From the NCBI GenBank assembly GCA_031409275.1, contig JANNXA010000040.1, positions 64,001 to 128,000 on the forward strand: 64,000 nucleotides of DNA, in the 5' to 3' direction. Positions 1 through 8,921 of this stretch are shown here, piece after piece. The DNA is from Planctomycetota bacterium. GTDB lineage: Bacteria; Planctomycetota; B15-G4; SIAN01. The number at the start of each line of letters is the position of its first letter. Positions within the stretch are counted from its first letter, which is position 1. Both the position numbers and the translations under genes were made by a program. The notes beneath the pieces are model-generated. The model was not told the origin of the DNA. It did not search any database and was given only the letters and a program-made list of their open reading frames with translations.

Positions 1-1312
1 CGCGCACCGTATCCGCGATCTTGAGCATCTCGGACGGGTGGTTGATCTTCTTGGTCCACGACATGTCGGAGACGTGCAGCAGGCCGTCGATGCCTTCCTC
101 GAGTTCGATGAAGGCGCCGTAGTTGGTCAGGTTGCGGACCTGGCCCTCGATGACCGTGCCGACCGGGTAGTTGCCCTCGACCATCGACCAAGGGTTCGCC
201 TCGATCTGCTTCATGCCGAGGCTGATCTCTTGCTTGTTGTGGTTGATGTCGAGCACCACGACCTCGACCTCGTCGCCGATGTTCACCACCTCGGACGGGT
301 GGTTCACGCGGCGCGTCCACGACATCTCGGAGACGTGCACGAGCCCCTCGACGCCATCTTCGAGCTTGACGAAGGCGCCGTAGGGCATGAGGTTGACCAC
401 CTGGCCCTTGTGGCGCGAAGCCACCGGGTAGCGGCCCTCGATGCCTTCCCACGGAGAGGGCATCAACTGCTTCAGGCCGAGCGCGATGCGGTTGCGCTCG
501 CGATCGAAGCGCAGCACCTTGACCTCGATCTCCTGCTCGATCTTCAGCATCTCCGACGGGTGCTGGATGCGGCCCCAGCTCATGTCGGTGATGTGCAGCA
601 AGCCATCGATGCCGCCGAGGTCGACGAACGCGCCGAAGTCGGCGAGGTTCTTCACCACGCCCTTGCGCACCTGTCCGACCTCGAGCTTGATCAACAGATC
701 GGTGCGGGCACGCTCACGCTGCTCTTCGATGAGCTTGCGGCGCGAGACGACGATGTTCATGCGCGCTTCGTCGATCTTGATGATCTTGCATTCCATCTCC
801 TTGCCGATGAACTCGCCGATGTCGCCCGTGCGACGGATCGAGACCTGCGAGGCCGGGAGGAAGACTGGGACGCCGATGTCGACGAGGAGGCCGCCCTTGA
901 TCTTGCGCGACACGTAGCCCTTGACGACGTCACCCTCCTTGTAGGTGGAGATGACGCGCTCCCAGCCGCGCTGGCGATCCGCCTTGCGCTTGCTGAGGAG
1001 CATGAGCCCGGTGTCGTCCTCGATCAGCTCGAGGAGCACCTCGATCGACTGTCCGGGCTCGAGCTTGCTCGGGTCCTCGAACTCGTCGACCGGGATCACG
1101 CCTTCCGACTTGTAGCCGATGTCGACGACGACCTCGGTTCCGATCACGCGCAGGATCTTGCCCGTGATGATCGTGTCGGCCTGGAAGGTCTTCACCGAGT
1201 CGTCGTAACGCTGGTTCAACACTTCCGTCGACGTCGCGGCCATGGCGCGCGCGACCTCGGCGTTCACTTCATTGGGGTCGGCGTCGAAACGCCGTACCAG
1301 GTCCTTCACCAT
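1..1312 (-). CDS. rpsA: 30S ribosomal protein S1 (3' end truncated by window edge)
   Basis: Manual minus-strand translation MVKDLVRRFD...VVVDIGYKSEG...FGAFVDLGGIDGLLHITDMSWGR...YGAFVKLEDGVEGLVHVSEMSWT shows repeated S1 domains; ATG at 1312. Not in the ORF track because the stop lies outside the window. Confidence 0.97.
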   Translation of the reverse strand, partial: MVKDLVRRFDADPNEVNAEVARAMAATSTEVLNQRYDDSVKTFQADTIITGKILRVIGTEVVVDIGYKSEGVIPVDEFEDPSKLEPGQSIEVLLELIEDDTGLMLLSKRKADRQRGWERVISTYKEGDVVKGYVSRKIKGGLLVDIGVPVFLPASQVSIRRTGDIGEFIGKEMECKIIKIDEARMNIVVSRRKLIEEQRERARTDLLIKLEVGQVRKGVVKNLADFGAFVDLGGIDGLLHITDMSWGRIQHPSEMLKIEQEIEVKVLRFDRERNRIALGLKQLMPSPWEGIEGRYPVASRHKGQVVNLMPYGAFVKLEDGVEGLVHVSEMSWTRRVNHPSEVVNIGDEVEVVVLDINHNKQEISLGMKQIEANPWSMVEGNYPVGTVIEGQVRNLTNYGAFIELEEGIDGLLHVSDMSWTKKINHPSEMLKIADTVR

Positions 1313-1465
1313 TCATTCACCTTCGCCACGCTGCCTCGCGGCGGCGCAGCCCTCGACATTCGCAACGAGAGGTACCGTTCGTACCGAGTCGTTGAGCCTC
1401 CGCGGCGCTGCGCGCTCCGGCCTTCCCGCACGGGAAGAAACACCGGGGCGCGTCGCGGCGCCGCG

Positions 1466-2128
1466 TCAGGGTTCGTCCGTCGGCGCAGCGGCGCCCGCGG
1501 GTGCTTGCGCGCCCGCTGAGTCCGTCCGCGCCCCGAGCGCGCGGAACGCCTGCTCGACGCAGGCGACCGCTTGTCTGCGATCCATCTCGTTCAAGTACAA
1601 CAGCGGGCCGACCCGCAATTCCACGCGGCCGGTCAGCCGCGGCCGCGAACGTCCGCGCGGCCACACCTCGAACGCCCCGTCGATGACCACCGGCAGCACC
1701 GGCACCTGCGCCTGCGCCGCCAACAATGCGAAGCCGGGCGTGAGCCGCTGCAGCGCACCATCGCTGCTGCGCGTCTGCTCGGGGAAGAGCGCGACGGCAT
1801 CGCCGCGCTTCAATCGCTCGATCAGCCGCCGCGTCGCCGCGAGATCGCGGCCATCGCGCTCGACGTGTTCGAGGTCGAGCCATCCGGTCATCAGTCGATA
1901 GAGCCAGCTCTTTCGCAACGTCGCGCGCGGCGTGTACACGAGCGGCCGCGGCAGCGCGCAACCCAGGAGCGGCGGATCGAGCAGCGAGACGTGGTTCGCC
2001 ACCACCACCAGGCCGCCCCGTCGCGGGCACTGCTCCACGCCGACGACCCGCATGCGGTAGCAGAGCTTGAACACGCCGGTGAGCAGCACCTTGAACGCGT
2101 TGTTGACGAGGACGCCGTGCCATTTCAT
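1466..2128 (-). CDS. plsC: 1-acyl-sn-glycerol-3-phosphate (lysophospholipid) acyltransferase
   Basis: NHVSLLD (HxxxxD) and FPEQTRS motifs; ATG at 2128 overlaps cmk stop (ATGA). Confidence 0.88.
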   Translation of the reverse strand: MKWHGVLVNNAFKVLLTGVFKLCYRMRVVGVEQCPRRGGLVVVANHVSLLDPPLLGCALPRPLVYTPRATLRKSWLYRLMTGWLDLEHVERDGRDLAATRRLIERLKRGDAVALFPEQTRSSDGALQRLTPGFALLAAQAQVPVLPVVIDGAFEVWPRGRSRPRLTGRVELRVGPLLYLNEMDRRQAVACVEQAFRALGARTDSAGAQAPAGAAAPTDEP

Positions 2129-2847
2129 GGAGCGTGCGCGCTCCGGCCTTCGACCGTGCGGCAGATCGAGTCGACCACTTCGTCGAGCGACAGGTGCGTC
2201 GTGTCGAGCACCGTGGCGCCATCCGGAACGCACAGCGGCGCGACCGCGCGCTCGCGATCGATGCGATCGCGCTGCGCCAGGCTTTCCATGGTGGTCGTGA
2301 GCTCGTGCGCATCCTCGGCCTCGCCGACGTGCTGGCGCAGCCGGCGCCGCGCTCGCTCGAGCAGCGACGCGTCCAGATAGAAGCGCCAGCGGGCGTGCGG
2401 GAAGATGTACGAGCCGGCGTCGCGTCCCTCGATCACCACGCCGCCGCACCGCGCCGCTTCCTGCTCGCCCAACTCGCGCTGCCAGGCGACGAGGAGCGCG
2501 CGTACCGATGGGAGCGCCGAGACGGGGCTGACCAGCGCGGTCACTGCCGCGCCGCGCACCTCGTCCGACACGTCCTCGCCATCGAGCCAAACTCGTCCTC
2601 CAGCGCCGACGCGCATGCGCCGGCGGGTCACCCATTGCGCGAGCACCGGAGCGAGCGTCGCTTCACTCACCCGCGCAGCGTCGAGGCCCGCGCGCAGCGC
2701 AGCCAACGTCACCGTGCGATACATCGCGCCCGTGTCGAGGTGGAAGAAACGCAGCCGTTCGGCGACGCGCCGAGCGACCGAGCTCTTTCCCACGCCGGCC
2801 GGGCCGTCGATCGTGAGCAGCTTCGAGCGACCATCCTCTGGTGTCAT
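2125..2847 (-). CDS. cmk: Cytidylate kinase
   Basis: TIDGPAGVGKSS P-loop, LDTGAMYR, IEGRDAG, RDRIDRER; cmk-plsC-rpsA synteny. Confidence 0.95.
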   Translation of the reverse strand: MTPEDGRSKLLTIDGPAGVGKSSVARRVAERLRFFHLDTGAMYRTVTLAALRAGLDAARVSEATLAPVLAQWVTRRRMRVGAGGRVWLDGEDVSDEVRGAAVTALVSPVSALPSVRALLVAWQRELGEQEAARCGGVVIEGRDAGSYIFPHARWRFYLDASLLERARRRLRQHVGEAEDAHELTTTMESLAQRDRIDRERAVAPLCVPDGATVLDTTHLSLDEVVDSICRTVEGRSAHAP

Positions 2848-2917
2848 GCGGAAACGGCGGACCATACGCGATGGCCCGGCGGTGGCGCAATCGCCCGGGG
2901 CGCCGCCCGGGAGCGCG

Positions 2918-3709
2918 TCAACCGGCGGAGGCCACGGCGACGGGCAGCGGCTCGAGGGTGCCGTCGGGGCGGCAAATCTCGAGTTCGCCCGCTCGCAGCC
3001 CCGCCCACTCGACGAGGAAGCGCCCGTCGTCGCAGAACGGGGGCAGCACCAGGAGTTCGCCGCCCCCCGGAAAACGGCGCCGCTCGAAGCGATGGACGTG
3101 TCCGCAGATGACTCGGCGGGCGCCCGCCGAAAGGCGTGCGACGACCGCTGCCGGAACGATGCGCACGACGTCCGAAGGCTTGCTCGGCACGACGCGATCG
3201 GAGTAGCGGCGCAACCGCCGCCCCACCGCGAGCGGCAGCGCCGCCGGCAAGCGCCGCGTGAGCCAGCGCACCGGGCCGGACCGCACCACACGCTTCATGA
3301 ACTGGTAGCCGCGATCGTGGGTCAACAGCTGGTCGCCGTGGAGCAGCCGAGTGGGAACGCCCGCAAGTTCGAGATCGAGCTCCTCGCCGACCACCGCGTC
3401 GACGCCCAGCGCCGCCCCATCCTCTTTCGTGAAGTTGTAGTCGCGATTGCCGGGCAAGAAGGTGATCTCGACGCCGGCCGCGCGAGTCGCCCGCAGTGCC
3501 GCGAAGAGCGGCTGGAACTCCGGCACGCTCCGCTCGTCGCCGGTGAGCCAGAGGTCGAAGACGTCCCCTAGCAGGACGAGCCGCGTCGCCCGCTCACGCG
3601 CGAGCGCCAGCAACGCTTCGATCCGCCCCAACCCGGCGCCATCGGCCGGCGTCAGGTGAAGGTCCGCCGCGAGCAGCGTCCGCCATGGTCGTGCGGCCGG
3701 CTGCGTCAC
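2918..3709 (-). CDS. lpxH: UDP-2,3-diacylglucosamine hydrolase (LpxH-like metallophosphoesterase)
   Basis: ADLHL, GDVFD, GNRD, HGDQLLTHDRGYQ, GHVH motifs; GTG start overlaps the stop of the upstream regulator (GTGA). Confidence 0.8.
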   Translation of the reverse strand: MTQPAARPWRTLLAADLHLTPADGAGLGRIEALLALARERATRLVLLGDVFDLWLTGDERSVPEFQPLFAALRATRAAGVEITFLPGNRDYNFTKEDGAALGVDAVVGEELDLELAGVPTRLLHGDQLLTHDRGYQFMKRVVRSGPVRWLTRRLPAALPLAVGRRLRRYSDRVVPSKPSDVVRIVPAAVVARLSAGARRVICGHVHRFERRRFPGGGELLVLPPFCDDGRFLVEWAGLRAGELEICRPDGTLEPLPVAVASAG

Positions 3710-5097
3710 GCATCCTCCAGACCGTAGTCGCGCAGCTTCTCCCACAGGTTCTTGCGGCTGATGCCGAGGCTCTTCGCAGCTTGCGCGCGGTGGCCGCGAG
3801 TCAGCTTCAGCACGTGCTTCAAGTGCTCCTTCTCGGCGTCTTCGACCACTTCCTTCAGCGTCGGGACATGCGACGAGATGCGGGCGCCCGAGCGGAACTC
3901 GTCGGACGGCGGGATCAGGTGTTCGCGCTTCAGGTGACGCGACTCGCCCGCGAGCGCGATGGCGCGCTCGACCGCGTGGCGCAGCTCGCGCACGTTGCCG
4001 GGCCACGGGTAGCGCAGCAGCTCCTCCATCACCTCGGGCTTCACCTCGTAGGGCCGCCCGCCGCCATGCGCGCGCACGAAGTGGTCGACGAGGACCGGGA
4101 TGTCCTCCGCGCGATCGCACAGGCGCGGCAGCTTGAGCGTCACCACGTTGATGCGGAAGTAGAGGTCCTGCCGGAACTCGCCGGCCTCCACCATTCCACG
4201 CAGGTCCTTCTTGGTCGCGCACAGCAGCCGGATGTCGACGTCGAGCAGCTTCTCCGAGCCGACCCGCTCGATCTTGCGCGTCTCGATCGCGCGCAGCAGC
4301 TTCACCTGCACCTCGAGCTTCAGGTCGTCGATGTCGTCGAGGAAGAGCGTGCCGCCCTGGGCGAGCTCGAAACGGCCGCGCCGCTGCTTCTTCGCGTCGG
4401 TGAACGATCCCGCCTCGTGGCCGAAGAGCTCGGCCTCGATCAGACTCTCCGGCAGCGAAGCGCACGAGAGCGGGATGAAGGGTTGCGCCGCGCGGCCGCT
4501 CGCGTCGTGGATCGCGCGCGCGATCACTTCCTTGCCGGTGCCGCTCTCGCCTTCGATCAACACGCTCGCGTCGCTCTTCGCGACGGTCCGCACCGTGCGC
4601 ACCACCTCCTGCATGACGCGCGAGCGGCCGACGACCGAACCGAATCCCTCGCGCTCGGCACGCTCGCGCAGTCGCGCGTTGTCGTCGGAGAGCGCGCGCA
4701 TCTGCGCGATGCGGGCGACGTGAGCGACGATGTCTTCGTTCAGGAACGGCTTGACCACGTAGTGGTAGGCGCCCGCTCGCAACGCCTCGACCGCCGACTC
4801 GATGGTGCCGAAACCTGTCATGAGGATCACTTCGGTTTCCGGTCGCAGTCGCTTGGCGCGGTCGAGGACCGCAAGGCCGTCCGCCCCGGGCATGCGGATG
4901 TCGCTGACGATCACGTCGAAGACGCGGTGCTCGATCAGCCGCAGCGCCTCGGCGCCATCGGCGATCGCGGTGACGCGATGGCCCGCCGCAACGAGGTCGT
5001 CGGCGAGCGTGACCCGGATCGTCTCCTCGTCGTCGACCAGCAGCACCTCGAGCGCTTCGACGGTAGTGGACGGCGCGGCTGCGTTGGTTCGGCTCAC
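3706..5097 (-). CDS. Sigma-54-dependent response regulator (NtrC/AtoC family: REC-AAA+-Fis HTH)
   Basis: LLVDDEE...SDIRMPG...MTG...KPF receiver; GESGTGKE, ELFGHEAGSFTDA, FRQDLYFRINV, WPGNVREL; C-terminal AAKSLGISRKNLWEKL. GTG start after GAGGG. Confidence 0.95.
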   Translation of the reverse strand: MSRTNAAAPSTTVEALEVLLVDDEETIRVTLADDLVAAGHRVTAIADGAEALRLIEHRVFDVIVSDIRMPGADGLAVLDRAKRLRPETEVILMTGFGTIESAVEALRAGAYHYVVKPFLNEDIVAHVARIAQMRALSDDNARLRERAEREGFGSVVGRSRVMQEVVRTVRTVAKSDASVLIEGESGTGKEVIARAIHDASGRAAQPFIPLSCASLPESLIEAELFGHEAGSFTDAKKQRRGRFELAQGGTLFLDDIDDLKLEVQVKLLRAIETRKIERVGSEKLLDVDIRLLCATKKDLRGMVEAGEFRQDLYFRINVVTLKLPRLCDRAEDIPVLVDHFVRAHGGGRPYEVKPEVMEELLRYPWPGNVRELRHAVERAIALAGESRHLKREHLIPPSDEFRSGARISSHVPTLKEVVEDAEKEHLKHVLKLTRGHRAQAAKSLGISRKNLWEKLRDYGLEDA

Positions 5098-5273
5098 GGG
5101 TTCCCTCGGCCGCGCGGTCGCGGAGATCGGTACGACGTCGCCGCCCCCGCGTGCGCGCCGTACGCGCCGCATCATCGAGCCCGAGCGCCGTGTCATCAAG
5201 CGCGGCGATCGCGACGCCCCACGCGAAGTCCATCCCCGCCACCGCGAAGATGCGTACCGGCGACGACGCTCCG

Positions 5274-6338
5274 CTACGGCACGAGTCGCATCAGACACGG
5301 CCCGAGCGAGCGGACCAGCGCGTAGGGCAGCGACGAGATCACGCGGCGCGGCAGGTCGAACTTCTCGTTGCCGGGGTTGATCGACGGGATCGCCCCGCCC
5401 GCGCCCAGCACGTATCGATACGCGAGCAACTTCGGCTCGAAGCCCATGTTGCGCTTGAAGTGGTACGGCCCCGTGTCGACGCGGCTGCGGCCGAAGTCGA
5501 ATCGGCGAAATCCCTCTTCGGCGGCCGCGCGCATCAGTTGCCAGTAGGCGAAGTTGCTGGCCCCGAGGCGATCCGCTTCCGCCAGCGAACCGGAGTAGTA
5601 GGGATTCCAGACGCCGCCGTGCAGGAAGCTGATCACGGCGACGACGACGCGACCTTCCTTGCGCACGACGTGCAATCGGACGCGCCGGCGGCCGAGCGCC
5701 AACAGGTCGGCGAACCACTCCGCCGCGAAGGCGGGCGAGCCGAGCTTCTGCTTGTTCAGCACGAAGAGGCGATGGAAGTCGGCAAGCGCGCCGGGCGCCT
5801 CGGCGAAGGCGAGTCCGTGCTTGTCACGCGCCTGGCGCGTCGACGCACGCGACTTGCGCGGGATGATCGCGAGGCACTCCTCGGGATCGACCGGCAGCTC
5901 GCGCGTGAACGTCGCGTAGAGCGCGGAGCCTGGCAGCGCCGCGAAGCCGCCGTCGTCCGGCGCGGCCGGAAGCTCGGCGCAGCGCAGTTCCGCGAAGCGC
6001 AGTGCATCGTCGCGAACCATCGCCACGACACGTTCGCGCAACGCGGTCGCCGCATCGCCGTCGCGTACGAGCGGTCCGCCGTAGACCGCATACGGGACCG
6101 AGATCAGCGCCGGTCCGGCCAGGAAACTGCGCGTCTCGAACAGTGGCAGCAGGCCGACGATCCGTTCGCCGCGGCGCGCGACGAGAGTGCGGCGGCGATG
6201 CGGGAAGTGGCGCACCAGCCGATCGCTCCACGCGGAGGTGTGGAACAGGGTGCCATCGGGGTGGCGCTCGACGAACTCGTCGATGCCGTGCAATGCGTCG
6301 TTTCCGCGAGGCGCGGTCGCTGCGGGCAGTTCGGTCAC
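5274..6338 (-). CDS. FemAB-related GNAT protein, exosortase/PEP-CTERM EPS-locus associated
   Basis: FVERHPDGTLFHTSAW, LISVPYAVYGGPL, SNFAYWQLMRAA, FDFGRSRVDTGPYHFKRNMGFEP. Start position approximate. Confidence 0.85.
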   Translation of the reverse strand: MTELPAATAPRGNDALHGIDEFVERHPDGTLFHTSAWSDRLVRHFPHRRRTLVARRGERIVGLLPLFETRSFLAGPALISVPYAVYGGPLVRDGDAATALRERVVAMVRDDALRFAELRCAELPAAPDDGGFAALPGSALYATFTRELPVDPEECLAIIPRKSRASTRQARDKHGLAFAEAPGALADFHRLFVLNKQKLGSPAFAAEWFADLLALGRRRVRLHVVRKEGRVVVAVISFLHGGVWNPYYSGSLAEADRLGASNFAYWQLMRAAAEEGFRRFDFGRSRVDTGPYHFKRNMGFEPKLLAYRYVLGAGGAIPSINPGNEKFDLPRRVISSLPYALVRSLGPCLMRLVP

Positions 6339-6391
6339 CAGGACCGGTTCGCTGCCGCTCTCCCCCGTCTGCGCCAAGAGCCCGCCTCCGC

Positions 6392-7591
6392 TCAGAGGGC
6401 GCCCCGATCGCCGGGACGCAACCTTCCGCGTCGCTCTTTCGGCGCGGGGCCGAGCAGGATTGAGCTCTCGTCCGGCTTGCCCTTGGCGAGGCGGGGGCCG
6501 CGCGGGCCGCCCGCGGGTGGTGGCGGTGGTGGCGGCGGCTCCTCGCCCGACGCGTCCTCCGCCGCTGGCGGCTCGTCCTCGTAACCGCCGGTGACGCGGC
6601 CGACCTTGTAGTCCTTCAGGTTGCGCGCCTGGGTGAAGATCACGATTTCGGCGACCAGCCCGATGAAGAAGGTCTGGACGCCGAGCACGATCATCAACGC
6701 GCCGAAGATGAGCCACGCCCGATTCTTCAGCCGTGTGCTCGGATCGCCGCCGCCGAGGATGAACTCGACCAGCAGGAACAGGCACGTCAGCAAACCGACG
6801 CCGAAGATCGCGCTGCCCGCCAGGCCGAAGAAGCGCAGCGGTTTGCGGGTGAAACGAGTGAGGAAGATCAGCGCCGCGATGTCGAGCATCCGGCGCAGGT
6901 AGACGCCGCCGCCGAACAGCGACCCGAGCATCTTCCCGCGCCCCTCTTCGCGCAGGTGGCGCACCTGCACCTCGGCGACCTCGTAGCCGGCGCGGAACGC
7001 CAGCACGGGCAGGAAGCGATACATGTCGCCCTGCACCGAGACATCTTCGAAGACGCGTCGCACCATCGCCCGCATCAGGCAGTTCAGGTCGTGCACCTTC
7101 GTCCGCGTCAACAGGCGCATCACCGAATTGAAGATCGCCGACTGCACGCGGTTGGTCCACGGGTCCACGCGCGGCACGCGCCAGCAGGTGACGACGTCGG
7201 CACCCGCGTCGAGCGCGTCGAGGACCTTCTGGACATCGGCAGGATCGGTCTGCAGGTACTGCGGCAGCGACAGCACGGCTCGGCCACGCGCGATCTTGAA
7301 GCCGGCGGCCAACGCGATCGACTCGCCGAAGGGCTGGTTGAACTTGATCAGGCGAACCGAAGTGCCCTTCGGGCGGCGACCGCCGAGCTCCTCGAACAGG
7401 CGCTCCGAGGCGCCATCGAGCACGAAGACGAACTCGTAGGTGACGCCGCGCTTCTCGAACTCCGCGCCGTACTGCGCGAGGATCTCATTGAACTCGACGT
7501 GTTCGTCATGCACCGGCACGATCACGGTGAGATCGCAATCGTGCTCGGCACCGCCGCGCACCGCTGGCGCCATGTCGGAGAGCGCGCTCAT
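6392..7591 (-). CDS. GT2 ArnC/DPM-synthase-like glycosyltransferase homolog with degenerate DxD motif
   Basis: VIVPVHDE, FGESIALAAG, HDLNCLMRA, MYRFLPVLA, two C-terminal TM helices, acidic/poly-Pro tail; LPQYLQTDP replaces LDADLQNDP. Confidence 0.85.
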   Translation of the reverse strand: MSALSDMAPAVRGGAEHDCDLTVIVPVHDEHVEFNEILAQYGAEFEKRGVTYEFVFVLDGASERLFEELGGRRPKGTSVRLIKFNQPFGESIALAAGFKIARGRAVLSLPQYLQTDPADVQKVLDALDAGADVVTCWRVPRVDPWTNRVQSAIFNSVMRLLTRTKVHDLNCLMRAMVRRVFEDVSVQGDMYRFLPVLAFRAGYEVAEVQVRHLREEGRGKMLGSLFGGGVYLRRMLDIAALIFLTRFTRKPLRFFGLAGSAIFGVGLLTCLFLLVEFILGGGDPSTRLKNRAWLIFGALMIVLGVQTFFIGLVAEIVIFTQARNLKDYKVGRVTGGYEDEPPAAEDASGEEPPPPPPPPAGGPRGPRLAKGKPDESSILLGPAPKERRGRLRPGDRGAL

Positions 7592-8568
7592 CGGCCGGAC
7601 TCCGCGAAACGCAGCTTGGCATCGCCAGGACGATGCTCGGTGTAGAGCTGCTCCATTCCGGCATCGCCGACGCGATTCAGCAGCTCGCAGAGGAACCCGA
7701 GCGTCAACAACGTGACGCCGAGGTAGGTCCCGAGCGCGGAGAGGCCGGGGAAGATCACGGTGGAGAGCAGTCCTTCGTGGTCGCCGCCGCTGCGCCGCTC
7801 GGCGAGCAGCGCGCCGAAGAGGATGCCGGCCACGAGGAGGAAGACCCAGATCGAGACACGGCCGAACCAATGCAGCGGACGAAACGCGAAATGGACGAGC
7901 ATCTGCAGCACGAGGATGTCGAGCACCACCCGATAGATGCGGTTCATGCCGTACTTCGAGTGGCCGAAGCGGCGCGAATGGTGACGCACCTCGACCTCCT
8001 GCACCTTCGCTCCGAGCGCCGCCGCGAACGCCGGCACGTAGCGGTGCATGTCGGAGTACAGCGGCACGCGGTGCAGGAACTCCGCGCGGTACCCCTTCAG
8101 CGTGCAGCCGAAATCATGGAGCCGGACGCCCGAGACGCGCGCGATCACCGCATTGGCGATCCGCGACGGCAGCCGGCGCGAGAAGAAGACGTCCTTGCGA
8201 TCGCGCCGCCAACCCGAGACCACGTCGAAGCCCGCGTCGAGTTCCGCGACGAGTCGCGGGATGTCCTCGGGGTCGTTCTGCAGGTCGGCATCGAGCGCGA
8301 CGATGTAGCGGCCGCGCGCGTGGTCGATGCCGGCGCAAAGCGCGGCGGTCTGGCCCGCGTTCTGGGACAGGGTCACCACGCGGAAGCGCGGGTCGATCGC
8401 GAGGATCTCCTCGAGGCGCCGCGGCGTCGCGTCGGTCGAGCCGTCGTCGACGAAGAGCACCTCGAAACTGCGGTCCATCCCCGCGAGCACCCGGTGCAGC
8501 GCCTGCGCAAGCAGCGGCAGCGAGTCCTCTTCGTTGAAGCACGGGATGACGACCGACAGTTCCGGCAC
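7588..8568 (-). CDS. GT2 polyprenyl-phosphate glycosyltransferase (ArnC/DPM1-like)
   Basis: SVVIPCFNEE, VDDGSTD, GQTAALCAG, LDADLQNDP, HDFGCTLKGY, two C-terminal TM segments. Confidence 0.92.
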   Translation of the reverse strand: MPELSVVIPCFNEEDSLPLLAQALHRVLAGMDRSFEVLFVDDGSTDATPRRLEEILAIDPRFRVVTLSQNAGQTAALCAGIDHARGRYIVALDADLQNDPEDIPRLVAELDAGFDVVSGWRRDRKDVFFSRRLPSRIANAVIARVSGVRLHDFGCTLKGYRAEFLHRVPLYSDMHRYVPAFAAALGAKVQEVEVRHHSRRFGHSKYGMNRIYRVVLDILVLQMLVHFAFRPLHWFGRVSIWVFLLVAGILFGALLAERRSGGDHEGLLSTVIFPGLSALGTYLGVTLLTLGFLCELLNRVGDAGMEQLYTEHRPGDAKLRFAESGR

Positions 8569-8739
8569 TGAGCCGACCAACCTTTCCGTTGCCCGCCCCT
8601 GATGAAGCGCGTGGACGACGCCAGCGAAGCGCCGTACCCACCTGCCGCGGCGTATCGACGGCCCGATTCGCTCCCCTTCAATGCCGTGGCGTCGGGCAGG
8701 ACGCATCGGAATGGAAGTCGCAATCCATAGCGCCGACGC

Positions 8740-8756
8740 GCGGCGGCACAATTGCT
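8740..8756 (+). promoter_or_regulatory. Possible sigma-54 (-24/-12) promoter upstream of the kinase/TPR genes
   Basis: gcGGcggcacaattGCt: GG at 8742-43 and GC at 8754-55 with the exact 10-nt spacing and TTGCT; imperfect match to TGGCAC. Confidence 0.3.
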
Positions 8757-8921
8757 TCGTTCCGGCCGACTTTCGCAGCCATTGTCGCCCTGCCCCGCGA
8801 CCGGTAGAAAAGTCCGCCTCCGTCCACCGCAACCGGGTTCATCGAAGGCGCGTTCCTGATCGCTGCTCGGCGGCGGCGTGCCTCGACCGGTCGCCGCCGG
8901 AGCGAAGGGGGCTTGCGGCGC

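Noticed and set aside
38..1519. 493-aa plus-strand ORF
   Set aside because: Antisense shadow of rpsA; no motifs of its own.
8690..8740. Minus-strand sigma-54 promoter for the GT2 operon (GGCGCTATGGATTGC)
   Set aside because: GG-to-GC spacing is 11 nt rather than the required 10.
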